Counted from the stretch's first letter, positions 36,965 to 51,672 are shown. The stretch: DNA of 64,000 bases from the human T2T-CHM13v2.0 reference genome, Homo sapiens (GCF_009914755.1 NC_060938.1), one strand, 5' to 3'. Notes: a model not told the origin generated them from the letters alone. Numbers and translations are program-made.

Positions 36965-39559
36965 GAAGGGGCCAGTTCTTCTTTAAGCAGGGCCCTGACC
37001 CATTTCTCATCACTGGGAGGGACCTCCCAGCCAGGCCTTCCCGCTACACCTGCCTGCACTTATTATGAATAGACTTCTGATCTTTCCCTGGGATACAGTG
37101 CCCAGGGGAGGGGAGAGCCGCCACCTGGGTTGGTTGGATAACGCAGCCATTCCAGCCTGTGGGCTTTGGAGAGTCCATGTCAATAGGAGCAGATGTGGCT
37201 CCCCACCATGACACAGCTGTTTGGTCAAAGCATGGTCAGACTGCTTCTTTTGGTGGAACCTGATTCACTCCTCCTCATAGGGCAGGTCCTCCCAGCCAGG
37301 TCCTCTCAGCTGGGGCATCCATCCCACCCCACCTGTGTTCTACAGGGCCAATAGATCTCTAATTACTTTTTCAGACAGAGAGTGCCTGAGGGGCAGGAAG
37401 TCTGCTACCTTGGCCATTCAAGATTCTCAGCCAGTCCAGTCTATGGATCTTGGAGAGCCCAAACTGATCAGGGGCTGGAGGAATCTCCAACACAGCACAA
37501 CTTCTCTATCAAAAAGCATCCAGACTGCTTCTTTAAGTGATTCCCTGAACCCTTTCCTCCTGACTGGGTGAGACCTCCCAACCAGGGTCTCCAGCCACCT
37601 CCTAGGGGTGTGTTTGGGCTGGCAGTAGGTCAGTATCCCTCTGGGATGGATCCCTCAGAGGAAGGGACAGACTGCTATCTTTGCTGTTTTACAGCCTTCA
37701 CTGGTGATACCTCCAGGTACAGAAAAAACTGAGTCAACTAGGGTCTGGAGCAGATCCCCAGCAAACTGCAGCAGCCTTAAAGAAGAGTGGTCAGACTGTT
37801 AAAAGAAAAACAAACAAACAACAACAAAACACAAAAGCCCTATCCAAAGGTCGGCAACCTTGGAGATGAAAGATAGATACGCCCATGAAGATGAGAAAAA
37901 ATGTGAAAACACTGAAAACTCAAAAAGCCAGATTGCCGCTTTTCCTCCAAATGACCATGCCACCTCTCCAGCAAGGGCTCAGAACTCAGCTGAGGCTGAG
38001 AAGGCTGAAATGACAGAAATAGGATTCAGAAGGTGGGTAATAACAAACTTCACCGAGCTAAAGGAGCACATTGTAACCCAATAAAAAGAATCTAAGAATC
38101 ATGATAAAACAACATGGTAGTTGACAGCCAAAATAGCCAGTTTAGAGAGGAACAAAACTGACCTCTTAGAGCTGAAAAACACACTACAAGAACTTCATGA
38201 TGCAATCACTAGTATTAATAACAGAATAGACCAAGGAGAGGAAAGAATCTAAGAACTTGAAGACTATCCTTCTGAAAAACGACAGGTGAATAAGAATAGA
38301 GAAAAAAGAATGAAAAGGAATGAAAAAAAACTGAGAAATATGGGATTATGTAAAGAGATTAAATCTATGATGAATTGGGGCACCTGAAAGAGACAAGGAG
38401 AATGAAACCAGGTTAGAAAACATACTTCAGGATATCATCCAGGAAAACTTCCCCCAACCAAGCAAGACAGGCCAACATTCAAATTCAGGAAATGCAGAGA
38501 ACCCCAGTAAGAAACTCCATGAGAAGATCATCCCCAAGACACAAAATCATCAGATTCTCCAAGGTCAAAATGAAAGAAAAAAATGTTAAGAGCAGCCAGA
38601 GAGAAAGGTCAGATCATCTACAAAAAGAAGCCCATCAATCCAACAGTGGACCTCTCAGTGGAAATTCTACAAGCCAGAAGAAACTGGGATCCAATATTCA
38701 ACATTCTTAAACAAAAGAATTCAAACTCAGAAGTTCATGTCCGGCCAAACTAAGCTTCATCAGTGAAGGAGAAATAAGATCCTTTTCAAACAAGCAAATG
38801 CTGAGGGAATTCACCACCAGCAGACCTGCTTTGCAAGAGCTCCTGAAGAAACACTAAATATGGGAAGGAAAAACCATTACTAGCCACTATAAAAACACAC
38901 TGAAGTACACAGACCAGTGACACTATGAAGCAACCACATAAACAAGTCTGCAAAATAACCAGCTAGCATCATGATAACAGGATCAACTGCACACATAACA
39001 ATACTAACCTTAATTATAAATGGGCTAAATACCCCAATTAAAAGATACAGAATGGCAAGCCGGATAAAGAATGGAGACTCATTGGTATGCTGTCTTCAAG
39101 AGACCAGTCTCACATGCAAAAAAAGATACCTATAGGCTCAAAATAAAAGGATGGAGGAAAGTTTACCAAGCAAATGGAAAACAGAAAAAAAGCAGCAGTT
39201 GCAATCCTAGTTTCTGACAAAACAGACTTTATACCAACAAAGAACAAAAAACAAAAAGAAGGGCATTACATAATAATAAAGGGTTCAATTCAACAAGAAG
39301 AGCTAACTATCCTAAATACATACGCACCCAATACAGGAGCACCCAGGTTCATAAAGCAAGTTCCTAGAGACCTACTATGAGACTTAGACTCCCACACAAC
39401 AATAGTGGGAGACTTTAACACCCCACTGACAATATTAGATCATCAAGACAGAAAATTAACAACAACATTCAGGACTTGAACTCAGCTCTGGATCAAGTGG
39501 ATAGATACATAAATATTTATAGATAGATAGATACAGAACCGATAGATACATACATATGC

Positions 39560-39600
<41 letters not shown>

Positions 39601-42600
39601 AATACACACACATATATACATATAGAACTGATAGATATATACAGAACTCTGCACCAAAAACAACAGAATGTACATTCTTCTCATGGCCACATGGCATTTA
39701 CTGTAAAATTAATCACATAATTGGAAATAAAATACTCCTCAGCAAATGCAAAAGAACTGAAATCATAACAGTCTCTCAGACCACAGCATAATCAAATTAG
39801 AAGTAAAGATTAAGAAATTCGCTCAAAACCACACAACTACGTGGAAACTGAATAACGTATTCCTAAATGACTCTTGGGTAAATAACAAAATTAAGGCAGA
39901 AATCAAGAAATTATTTGAAACTAGTGAGAACAAAGATACAACCTGCCAGAATCTCTGGGACACAGCTAAAGCCGTGTAAAGAGGGAAATTTATAGCACTA
40001 AATGCCCACATCAAAAAGGTGGAAAGGTCTCAAGTTAACAACATAACAGCACGACTAAAATAACTAGAGAACCAAGAGCAAACAAACCCCAAAGCTAGCA
40101 GAAGACAAGAAATAACAAAGATCAGTGGTGAACTGAAGGAGATAGAGACACGAAAAAAAGCTACAAAAAATAAAAAATCCAGGAGCTGCTTATTTTTTTT
40201 GGAAAAAATTAACAAAATAGGGTCTTAGCTAGACTAACAAGGAAGAAAAGAGAGAAGATTCAAATAAAAATCAGAAATGATAAGAGGAATATCACTGCTG
40301 ACCCTACAGAAATACAAACAACCATCAGAGGATACCATAAATACCTCTATGCACATAAACTAGAAAATCTAGGAGAAACTGATACATTCCTGGACACATA
40401 CCTCCCAAGACTGAACCTGTAATAAATTGAATCCCTGAATAGAGCAATAACGAGTTCTAAAGTTGATGCAGTAGTAAATATCCTACCAACCATAAAAAAA
40501 GCCCAGGACCAGATGGATTAAAGCTGAACTTCACCTAAGCTACAAAGAAGAGCTGGTACCATTTCTACTGAAACCCTTCCAAAAAATTAAAAAGGAAGGA
40601 CTCCTCCATAAGCCATTCTATGAGGCCAGCATCATCCTGATATCAAAACCTGGCAGAGACACAATCAAATGGAAAACTTCAGGCCAATATCCTTGATGAA
40701 CACTGGTGCAAAAATCAACAAAATACTGGCAAACTGAATCCAGCAACACATCAAAAAGCTTATCCACCACGATCAAGTATGCATTGTCCTCAAGATGCAT
40801 GGTTGATTCAAAATACATGAATCAATAAATTTGATTAATCACATAAAAAGATCTAAAGGCAAAGATCACATGATTACCTCAATAGATGCAGAAAAGGCCT
40901 TTGTTAAAATTCACCATCCCTTTACGTTAAAAACTCTCAATAAACTAGGTATTGAAGGCAAATACCTCAAACTAATAAGAGCCATATGTGAGAAACCCAC
41001 AGCCAATATCATACTGAATGGGCAGACACTGGAAGCATTCCCCTTGAAAACCAGCACATGACAAGGATGCTCTCTCTCACCACTCTTATTCAACATAGTA
41101 TTGGAAGTTCTGGCCAGGGCAATCAGACAAGAAAAAGAAATAAAGAGTATTCAAATAGGAAGAGAAGAAGTCAAACTATCTTTGTCTGCAGATGACATGT
41201 TTCCATATCTAGAAAACCCCATTGTCTCAGCCCAAAAGCTTCTTAAGCTGAGAAGCGACTTCAGCAAAGTCTCAGGATACAAAATCAATGTGCAAAAATT
41301 GCTAGCATTCCTATACACCATTGACAGGCAAGCCAAGAGCCAAATCATGAATGAACTCTCATTCACAACTGCCACAAAGAGGATAAAATACCTAGGAATA
41401 CAGCTAACAAGGGAAGACAAGGACCTCTTCAAGGAGAACTACAAACCACTGCTCCAAGAAATCAGAGAGGACACAAATGAATAGAAAACATTCCACACTC
41501 ATGGATAGGAAGAATCAATATCATGAAAATGGCCGTACTGCCCAAAGCAATTTATATATTTAATGCTATTCCCATTAAACGACCATTGACATTCTTCAGA
41601 GAATTAGAAAAAACTATTTTAAAATTCATGTGGAACCAATACAGAGCCTTAATAGCCAAGAGAATCCTGAGTTAAAAAAAAAAGCCAGAAGCTTCATAAT
41701 ACCAGATTTCAAACTATATACTACAAGGCTACAGTAAGCAAAATAGCATGGCACTGACACAAGAAAAGACACACAGACACAGATGGAGCTGAATAGAGTA
41801 CCCAGAAATAAGACTGCACACCTACAACCATCTGATCTTCTACAAAACCTGACAGAAACAAGCAATGGGGAAAGGATTTCCTATTTAATAAGTGGTGCTG
41901 GGAGAACTGGTTAGTCATATGCAGATAACTGAAGCTGACCCCTTCCTTACACCTTATACAAAAATTAACTCCAGATGGATAAAGACTAAAATGTAAAACC
42001 CAAAACTATAAAAACCCTAGAAAAAAACCTAGGCAATACCATTCAGGACACAGGCATGGGCAAATATTTCGTGATGAAGATGCCAAAAGCAATTGCACCA
42101 AAAGCAAAAATTGACAAATGAGTTCTAATTAAACTAAAGAGCTTCAGTACAGAAAAGAAACTATCATCAGAGTGAACAGACAACCTACAGAATGGTATAA
42201 AACGTTTGCAATCTATCCATCTGATGAAGCTCTAACATCCAAGCACCTATAAGGAACTTAAATAAATTTACAAGAGAAAACAAACAACCCCATTAAAAAA
42301 TGGGCAAAGGGGAGGAACAGACACTTCTCAAAAGAAGACATACATGTGGCTAACGTGAAAAAAAGCTCAGTGTCACTGGTTATTAGAGAAATGCAAATCA
42401 AAACCACAATGAGATACCAAGTCACACCAGTCTGAATGGTTATCATTAAGAAGTCAAATAACAAATTCCTGCAAGGTTGTAGATAAAAAAGGAATGCTTT
42501 TACACTGTTAATGGGAGTGTAAATTAGTTCGACCATTGTGGAAGTTAGGGTGGTGATTCCTCAATGTCTTAGAGACAGAAATACCATTCGACCCAACAAT

Positions 42601-43133
42601 CCCACTACTGTGTATATACCCAAAGGAATATAAATCATTCTATTATAAAGATACATGCATGCGTATATTCATCGCATCACTATTCACAATAGCAGAGACA
42701 TGGAATCAACCTAAATGTCCATCAATGATAGATTGGATAAAGAAAATATGGTACATATACACCATGGAATATTATACAGCCATAAAAGGAATGAGATTAT
42801 GTCCTTTGCAGGGACAGGGATGGAGCTGGAGGGCATTATTCTCAGCAAACTAAAGCAGGACCAGAAAGCCAAATACCACATGTTCTCACTTAGAAGCAGG
42901 AGCCAAATCATGAGAACATATGGACACGTAGTGGGGAACAACACACAGTGGGGCCTATCGGAGTGTGTGGGGGTAGGAAAGAGGAGGGAGAGCATCAAGA
43001 AAAATAGCTAATGGATGCTGGGACGACCTGTGCAGCAAACCACCATGGCACACATTTACCTATGTAACAAACCTGACCATCCTGAACATGTACCTGAACT
43101 TAAAAGTTGGAAATCAAAATAAAATAAAATAAA
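36965..43133 (+). mobile_element. Near full-length decayed L1 (L1PA11-13, L1PA12-like): partial 5'UTR, ORF1, ORF2 and 3'UTR
   Basis: ORF1 remnants (37860..38084, 38492..38710); EN remnant 39174..39380; RT remnants 40831..41061 and 41101..41484 (LSLSADDM, a mutated FADD); 3'UTR gggagagcatcaagaaaaatagctaatggatgctggg; (aaaat)n tail; possible TSD ataaatataa at 36949-36958 and 43134-43143; many stops. Confidence 0.95.
39500..39642. repeat. Compound (GATA)/(TA)/(CA) microsatellite inside L1 ORF2
   Basis: Directly visible, with repeated copies of the L1 motif gatagat..atacagaac. Confidence 0.9.
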
Positions 43134-43221
43134 ATAAATATAAGAGACATATATATTACATATATATTAACCAATCAATGTGTAGACCTTGTTTGGATCC
43201 TGATTCAAAATATAAGCTGTA

Positions 43222-43226
<5 letters not shown>

Positions 43227-43280
<54 letters not shown>
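43227..43280. repeat. Perfect (TA)27 microsatellite
   Basis: Directly counted, 54 bp. Confidence 0.97.
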
Positions 43281-43284
<4 letters not shown>

Positions 43285-43366
43285 CAGACACACATTGGAC
43301 ATTTGATAATATAAAGAAATTAATTTTTATGGAAGTATAATAATGGTATTTTGGTTATATTTTACA

Positions 43367-43595
43367 AGAGTATACATAGACATAAAGACAAGAAAAATAG
43401 ACACTGGGGCTACTTGAGGGTGAAGAGTAGGAGTGGGGTGAGAATGGAAATCTGGAAAATCTACCTGTTGGGTAGATTATTTTGTTGGGTAACAAAATAA
43501 TTTGTATACCAAACCCCCATGACATGCAATTTACCCATGTAACAAACCTGCACACCTACCCCCTGAATCTAATAAAAGTTGGGAGTAAAAACTAA
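43367..43595 (+). mobile_element. L1PA15/16-like 3'UTR fragment
   Basis: atagacactggggctacttgaggg...ccaaacccccatgacatgcaatttacccatgtaacaaacctgcac...aataaaagttgg. Confidence 0.85.
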
Positions 43596-44354
43596 TTAAG
43601 TGAAGAGTTCTTGTCTTTTAGTAATAGATACTGAAATATTATTTAGATGGAATGTCAGAATATCTAGGATTTGCTTCAAATTAATTTAAGGTCTGAGGAG
43701 TGGGTGGGAACAAAGATGAAGCAAGATTGGCCAAGAGTTCAAACCTGTTGGTGGTGGGTGATGGGTCCATGAGGGTTCATTATCCTGTTCTCCCTGCTTT
43801 TGTGTGTTTCTGAATTACCATAATAAAAAGTTTAAAAAATAAAAAATATATATGCAGGCATCAATATACAGATGAAGTCCTGACATCCCTGATGTCACCC
43901 ATGGAAAATTTCTACAACCCCTTCCTGTCTAATGGACACTTTAAAAAGTGCTGGAGTCAGATTATGGAAGACATAACTGATATTTTAATAAAATAAATAT
44001 GGAGAAAATATTTCATACACTGTAATTCTGACTGCTTATCTGGTCCTCTTGCTTTTTATTTTCATCCTATTACTTGCTGCTTTCACCAGACCTCTAGATC
44101 AGTGGTTCTCTACTGCAATGAAAACAAATGGTATCTATTAATTGTTCTGAAGATACTTTCAAGCAGTTTAAAAAATGATACTTTGCGAAGAAACCCCATT
44201 CTACATATAAACAAAATTATATTTCCAAAAATTGCTGTACACTGTACACTGTTGATTCTTTCACCTTTACTAATGACTCTTGTGATGCCTAATATAGCAG
44301 TTACTTTTTGGTTTCTAAGGAATGCATGGTCTAATGTAATATTCACAGTCACCC

Positions 44355-44480
44355 TCTGTGGACACTGAAACAGAGTGCTACAGGTGAGCTGCCCAATGTA
44401 ACCTAGCTAGAAGGTGGTGGAGCCCAGTTTGGATCCTAGCAGTCAATCTTAAGAGGCCACTCTTAACCAGTGTGCAATAT
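44355..44480 (-). mobile_element. MIR fragment
   Basis: gctgcccaatgtaacctagctagaaggtggtggagcccagtttggatcctagcagtc...tcttaacca. Confidence 0.7.
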
Positions 44481-45521
44481 CCTCCTGAGTCAAAGCGAAT
44501 GGCGGGCTCATGTAATCAGTATCCCTGGGGTGTCCACAACCTAGGCTTCATCTCCCTGGGATGCCATGTCACCTGTCACGTGTCATGTCAGCCCCAGAAG
44601 AATGAAGGGTCAATACAGCCATTTTATATTCTTGCTGGTAAAACACACTGCATTTGCTAGTAAGGATACTGAGTGTGTGGTCACCATCAGTCACATTTCT
44701 GCTCAATGGATTAAATCTGACCAGAAGGAAAAGATTAAAAAATCCTCTCCCCAAATCCTGTACTTTTGTATTATTTTAAGTACATATCTTTCAGAAAAAA
44801 AGTCCTGTCAGATGCCTCCAAGGTAAAAATATTCAGAGAAGGGCTTAACGTCTGCATTTGGACTTTTAAACTTACATGATATAAGCAAAATTCAGAATTA
44901 GCTTATTATTTTTTGGATTCATATAGGAAAATTAGAAATTCTCTTTTTTTTAAGATCTTGGACAGATTGGGCACTAAAAAGGTTTCAGCTCCATGAGTGA
45001 CTGGGCTGATCTGCTGGGGAACTGAATCCATGGCATACTCAGAATAAGGAAAATGCTTCTTTTGAAGAACTGTAGGTGGTTCAGAAGAAGGGAAAACGAA
45101 AGGCAAGACACAAACTGCATCTTGATTCAGCTTTTTCAGAGACTGTCTTATTCACATGGCATTCCTCAGAGATTTGATATTTGCCTTCTTATTGAAAGAA
45201 ATGCACACAGAATTGTAAAAGGAAAAGACTGCTTTCAAATGTTACATAGGGAAAAACACAGCATAGAGATCTGAAGGCAGCTTTTAAGCATCTAGGTGGC
45301 ATTTTAAGCCATTAATAGAATGTTAACGCCCACCTCTATATGAAAAGTTCAAAAGACAGTATAATGTGATTGGAAGTGTATGAGTGCTGAAGTCTTGCAG
45401 CCTTAGTCAAATTCTAAGCTTCCTGAATCTAGATTTTCTTATTTCTGAAATGGTAATTTATTTCACAGGATTCTTATTAAAAGCAATGAAATGATATTCC
45501 CTAATTGTGCTTAGAGAGAGT

Positions 45522-45775
45522 CAGCATAGTGTCAGTTGAGAGCAGGGACTCAGAAGCCAGACTGTGTTCAAATCTCTCCACTCTCTCTCTCTCTCTCTCT
45601 CTCTTATTAGCTGTGTGAGTTCAGGAAAGTTACTTTACCACTCTGGGCCTATAAAATGGAGTTGAAAATAATAGTGCCTACCACAGGGCGTTATTATGAG
45701 GATTTAATGAGGAATTCATTATAAAATGCTTGAAACACTACCCAGATGAGAATAAGTACTATGTAAGTTTTTGAA
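45522..45775 (+). mobile_element. MIR SINE with internal (CT)n
   Basis: gagcagggactcagaagccagactgtgttcaaatc...ttattagctgtgtgag...ataatagtgcctaccacaggg...gaggattta. Confidence 0.85.
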
Positions 45776-45789
45776 AAATAAATACTATG

Positions 45790-46240
45790 CTGGCTATTAA
45801 CAGTCTAGCATTCATTCCCTCTAATTCTAGAATCATTATCCCATGTCTGCTTTGGGAAATGTCACCTTCTCCATTTGAATACAATCTTAGTGATGCGCTT
45901 AATCCAGGTGTTTCAACAAATCCTGGCTGAGGGGATGAGGATGTGATCACAGCTGGGCTAATTAGACAATCTCTCCCTGGAATTTGACTCATAAGGAGAT
46001 ACATAGACCTTATGGAAATTTATTCATTCTGACTACTGTGTCCTAAAGTACCCTCTGTAAATTCCTCACTCCAAAATTTCCAAGGCTGCCTTCATGTCTG
46101 CCCACTCTGGGACACATATTTTCACCCTCTCCATTAATTCTATGAGCCAACCTTTATCTTTTCAATAAATCAGTTTCTATTTTTTTATTTTCTTCCATCT
46201 GTTTCTGATGCCTTTAATCAAACACCCCCTAAATGGTTAA
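45790..46240 (+). mobile_element. ERVL solo LTR (LTR33-like)
   Basis: atgtgatcacagctgggctaattagacaatctctccctggaatttga...ttctatgagccaacctttatcttttcaataaat. Confidence 0.55.
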
Positions 46241-46280
46241 AATAGGCACACAAAAAATGTACTATTATTAAATAAAAATT

Positions 46281-46585
<305 letters not shown>

Positions 46586-47219
46586 TTATCAATACCAATA
46601 TTAGTTTACTGTGTAAAAATTCTTTCTATCAAAGTAATCTCTCCCCAAAATTAGTGTGTTTGTGCTCGTTTAAACTCTCATAAAGTTATTTAGTTGTATA
46701 TCCTCTCTACTCCTCACATTAGTAAGCAAAAATACATGGTATAATTATAACCTGGCAAGGGCTGTAAGTGTATATAACTGGGAATAAGTGTTTTATAGGT
46801 GACTAGTAGGTGACCAGCTATGGAATTCAAGAAACAAGTCTGGGCAATCAAGGACCAGAGCTGGCACTTCATGCCCTGAATGTCTCAGCGACGCATAGAA
46901 CTAAACACAAATTCAGTGGTGGGAAAGAAGTCAACTTATTGATATTTCATGTGTTCTTAATTTTACTGCTATGCCCATTCTCTCACTGCTAAAAGACAGA
47001 AGAAAATTCAGCAAAAATAGCAAAACCTATCTGAACAATTTGAGAATCCCTAATTGAACTTTGAAAATTACACACATAAGAAAATAAATTTCTAATAGCT
47101 AATATTCCAAACCATAATTACAACTTCATACTGAGAAGTTAGAGATCATGTGGTGAGCAATTTGAGGATTAAAAAATGGAATCTTTTCTGTGACTGGTTA
47201 GATCATTTATCAAAAATCA

Positions 47220-47765
<546 letters not shown>

Positions 47766-48914
47766 GTGATTGTCAGAAGTCCCATCTTTTGAGTAACTGG
47801 TAAGCTCTAGTCTAAATGCAGGCTAGCAGGCTTGGGTGAGAGATGCCCAGACTAAGGTGGAAAACAAGATCAGCAAATTGTACCCAAGCCAAAATCCATG
47901 TCCAGATTCCTTGGCTGAGGACCAGACAGTTGATGGAACAAAGAGCAGGATTACAAATGAGAAGTGGGGCTGAGTTAGGAAGGAGATAGGCATTGGATCC
48001 AAGCAGGAGCAAGTTCAATTCAACTTGTCACCCTTAATGACTAGGTATCATGATCTGGTGGTGGTTTCTTAAATGAGCCATAGTCCATCCACCTAATCTA
48101 TGTTCCTCTCTGGTATAGAGTCAAGATCTCTTTACCCAGGATTCTTCAGAGCATCCTTCATAATTTTCCTATTTTCTTATCTCAGTCTTACTAAGTGCTC
48201 TCAGGTGGTTGCCAGCACCCAGCACCTATTTCTGAGTGTGCCTACACACCTGGCTGCCCCTATGATTTCACAGTCCTTCCTAGGTGTTTGGCTATCTAGT
48301 GGATGTATGAGGTTAATTGTTCCTCTCCTTTATGTCACTCTGTTTGCATGGCTAAGTAGCTCTCATTGTGAAGAAGAAAGCTCTGGTCATTATTTACAAA
48401 TTATGCATTAGTCTCATATTGAAAGGAATAATCAAAGACAGAAAAAAGATTAAGTGATATCCAAGCAGAAAATAGTTAATTCAGGATCTTTGATTTCCCT
48501 CCGTCGCTTTGTAAGCTCTGCTTCTACTCACTGTTTTTTGATTGTTTGTTTGTTTCAGAGCTTAAGGAAGATTCAAACATAGTTCGCTCCAAAAGTTCTC
48601 AGCTTCTCTCTCTTTTTTTTGCATACACTTGTAATAGATGGTTCTTAACACAGACTACTACTCACATTCTATAGGACCTATCTGTCCACATAAACTGTAG
48701 GGTATAGGTAATTCTCACCTCTGTTCCTTTCAAGGAAGCATATCAGATGGCAGGAGAATGAGAATGATATTATAGAAATAATCTAAACAAACACTTAACA
48801 AAATATGAATCATTAACAAAAGTTAACTCATACCAGTAACTATTAATTTGAAATATCCCTCACAACTGATTATAACACTTATGTCATGAAATCTCAGACG
48901 GTCTCTAAAATGGT

Positions 48915-49040
48915 TCCCACTCTTAGATTTATAGATGAGGAGAAAGAAGACTCGGAGACTTTTGCAATTTTGCTCAAGCATTATCAATCTAAATTAAAGT
49001 TGACTGTTTCCAAAATTAAGGACTTCTTCCATTGTTCAAT
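48915..49040 (-). mobile_element. MIR fragment
   Basis: atttatagatgaggagaaagaagactcggagact...ttgctcaag. Confidence 0.5.
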
Positions 49041-49527
49041 TCCCACTGTTTTAGACAGTGTTTCTCCAAATGGACTGTGGATATTAAATACTAACCAACT
49101 TGGAACTCTTGTGGAAAGCCAGAATCTCACTTTGAGGTGTACATCTTGACTTATTTTTGAAAGCACCTCTATAATTTGCAAAGCACTTTACATAACGTAA
49201 TAACATTTTATTGTTTCCATGACATCCATGAAAAAATAAATTATAAATACGGTTTTATAAATGTGCTGGTAATATGCCTTGTGTTGTACTCTAAATGACA
49301 GATCAAGAATTCAAACAAGGATCTGTGACTTTAAATCTTACATCTTTCCCTTGACATTTCTTCTTGCTAAAAACACATCTTTTATAAATCTTTCTTTCTG
49401 AAATCTAAAAGGATACCGTAACGGTAACTTTTCCAAATATCTTATTTTATTTATGTTTTTAAATTCTCTGTCTTTCAGAGATTTTTCTTGACATGGCTTA
49501 TATTTCTAAATATGATCCTATTATTAC

Positions 49528-49820
49528 TTTTTTATTTTTGAGACAGGGTCTCACTCTGTCGCCCAGAGTTCAGTAGCATGATCTCAGCCCACTGCAACCT
49601 CCGCCCCCCAGACTCTTGTGATTCTCCTGCCCCAGCCTTTTGAGTATCTGGGATTACAGGGGCAAGCCATTATTGCCTGGATAATTTTTGTATTTTTAGT
49701 AGAGAGGGGGTCTAACCATGTTGGCCAGGCTGGTCTTGAACCACTGACCTCAAATGATACATCCCCTACTTTGTCATCTCAAAGTGCTGAGATTACAGGT
49801 GTGAGCCATCGCACCTGGCC
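49528..49820 (-). mobile_element. Old Alu (AluJb/Sz-like)
   Basis: tgagacagggtctcactctgtcgccca...aaagtgctgagattacaggtgtgagccatcgcacctggcc; degenerate TSD ctattattacttt/ctataatcacttt. Confidence 0.93.
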
Positions 49821-50182
49821 CTATAATCACTTTTACTATCAGTCTCCGTCATGAATCCATTCAAGGTAAGGTGAGATTTTCTCCTCTAGGTTATTTACAT
49901 ATTTCTCCACTGGTTTCAAATCTCCTCTATAGTCAGTCCGTTAGACATGGTACATTAAACACATTAAATTCTCACAATCTATTTCTATCTATTAATTTGC
50001 CTTTTAATCATATTTACTGTTTCCCTATAACTTGTCTGAACTTCTTACCCCCATTATTTCAGAGTAATTAAGAGGAACATAAGTACTTAGAGTCTCAAGT
50101 TTGCTACACCTGGATCTGTATATACAGCAAAACATCTCTTTGCTCTTCTCAAGGTCTTTGTTTAAAAAAATAAAAGATGTCA

Positions 50183-50545
<363 letters not shown>

Positions 50546-51501
50546 CTAAGAAGAAGGATACACATTTGAAAGAATGATTTATTGGAATTAAAACTTATGA
50601 TGTTAGTTATGAATTATTTTAATAAATCCAGTGCCATCAATTTAGTAGCTTGAGATCTTGAAAAATACTAAAGATGCACCACATATGATTTTCCTAAGTG
50701 GATTTCTTAATCATTTATAGTATATATATTACTTAAAAATGAATTTTTTCAATTATTTTTAATAAAAATATTTAGCCATCCTATTAATGATAAAACTTGA
50801 CTATCATGAATGGCATTTTTTTCTATTAGGAGAGTGAAAGACCACTGAATGAAATAATAATCATTCATAACAACCCAGGTATGTATAACATCATGTCTAG
50901 ATTTGAAAACCATGTTCATAAATTTTCTGAAATGATGTGAAATAAAACCTGCATCATCCACTTTAATCATACCTGGCTGGCTGGTTCAGACCTATGTCTT
51001 TCCTTTCTCCATTTACAGAGGCAAGGAAGACCACCTGAAAGAGAAGAAATATAGATGCCCCAGAGAGACTGTCTTTTCTACAGGTACTCATGAGGTTATA
51101 TCACACATCGTTGTTTTGAAATCTTTGCCATGTCAGAGGTCAGCTCTAACTGTACCATAGTATGCGGGGCTAATGGAACGAAGGCCTACAGGCCTCTGAT
51201 TTTGAGAATGTTTATACTAAATGCTGATAAGAGATCAGATAAGTGCACTGCAGAGAGACTCAAAGTAGTTTAAGTGCAGATATGACTTCATTTCATATGT
51301 TCATTACTAGAAGTAGAATATGATGCTAAGATCAATTATTACTGCTAAGGATTCTTCCTGCAATCTGTGTGTGTGCAATAGAATTCACATTCTTTCTAGG
51401 CTTGACTAATTCCTTGGCTTTCCTGAAGGTGGTTTAAAAAGGACTCAAAACTTTGAAACTTAAGAACAAACCCCTTCAAGAAAGGGATCTAGACCCTAGG
51501 A

Positions 51502-51672
51502 GAATGATTCTCAACCTAGGCTACATATTAGGATATATAAAGAAGTCTTTTAAAACTTGTAAATGCCCAGGTCCTGATCCTGACCAGTTAAATCAGATCA
51601 TCAGGAGATGAGGCTTTAAATTTTTAAAGCTTCTCGAATGATTTTAATATGCACCAATTTAGGAGGCTACTT
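51502..51672. mobile_element. MER5A hAT-Charlie MITE
   Basis: atgattctcaacctaggctacatatta...aatgcccaggtcc...accagttaaatcaga...tttttaaagcttctcgaatgattttaatatgcacca. Confidence 0.75.

Larger units (their letters stand above)
43141..43850 (+). mobile_element. L1ME3-like 3'UTR (interrupted by TA tract and L1PA16-like insertion)
   Basis: atgtgtagaccttgtttggatcctgattcaaa; ggatttgcttcaaa; gggtgatgggtccatgagggttcattatcctgttctc...cataataaaaagtt. Confidence 0.75.

Noticed and set aside
37860-42900. Active L1 ORF1/ORF2
   Set aside because: Numerous stops and frameshifts, a microsatellite in the EN domain, and FADD mutated to SADD.
44100-44205. Possible tiny hAT/MER5-like element starting cagtggttctc after ctctagat
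   Set aside because: Only one terminal motif is recognisable and the interior could not be matched.
47780-48420. Possible old LTR or the 103-aa ORF 48100..48411
   Set aside because: No family could be assigned confidently; the ORF has no recognisable domain or splice context.
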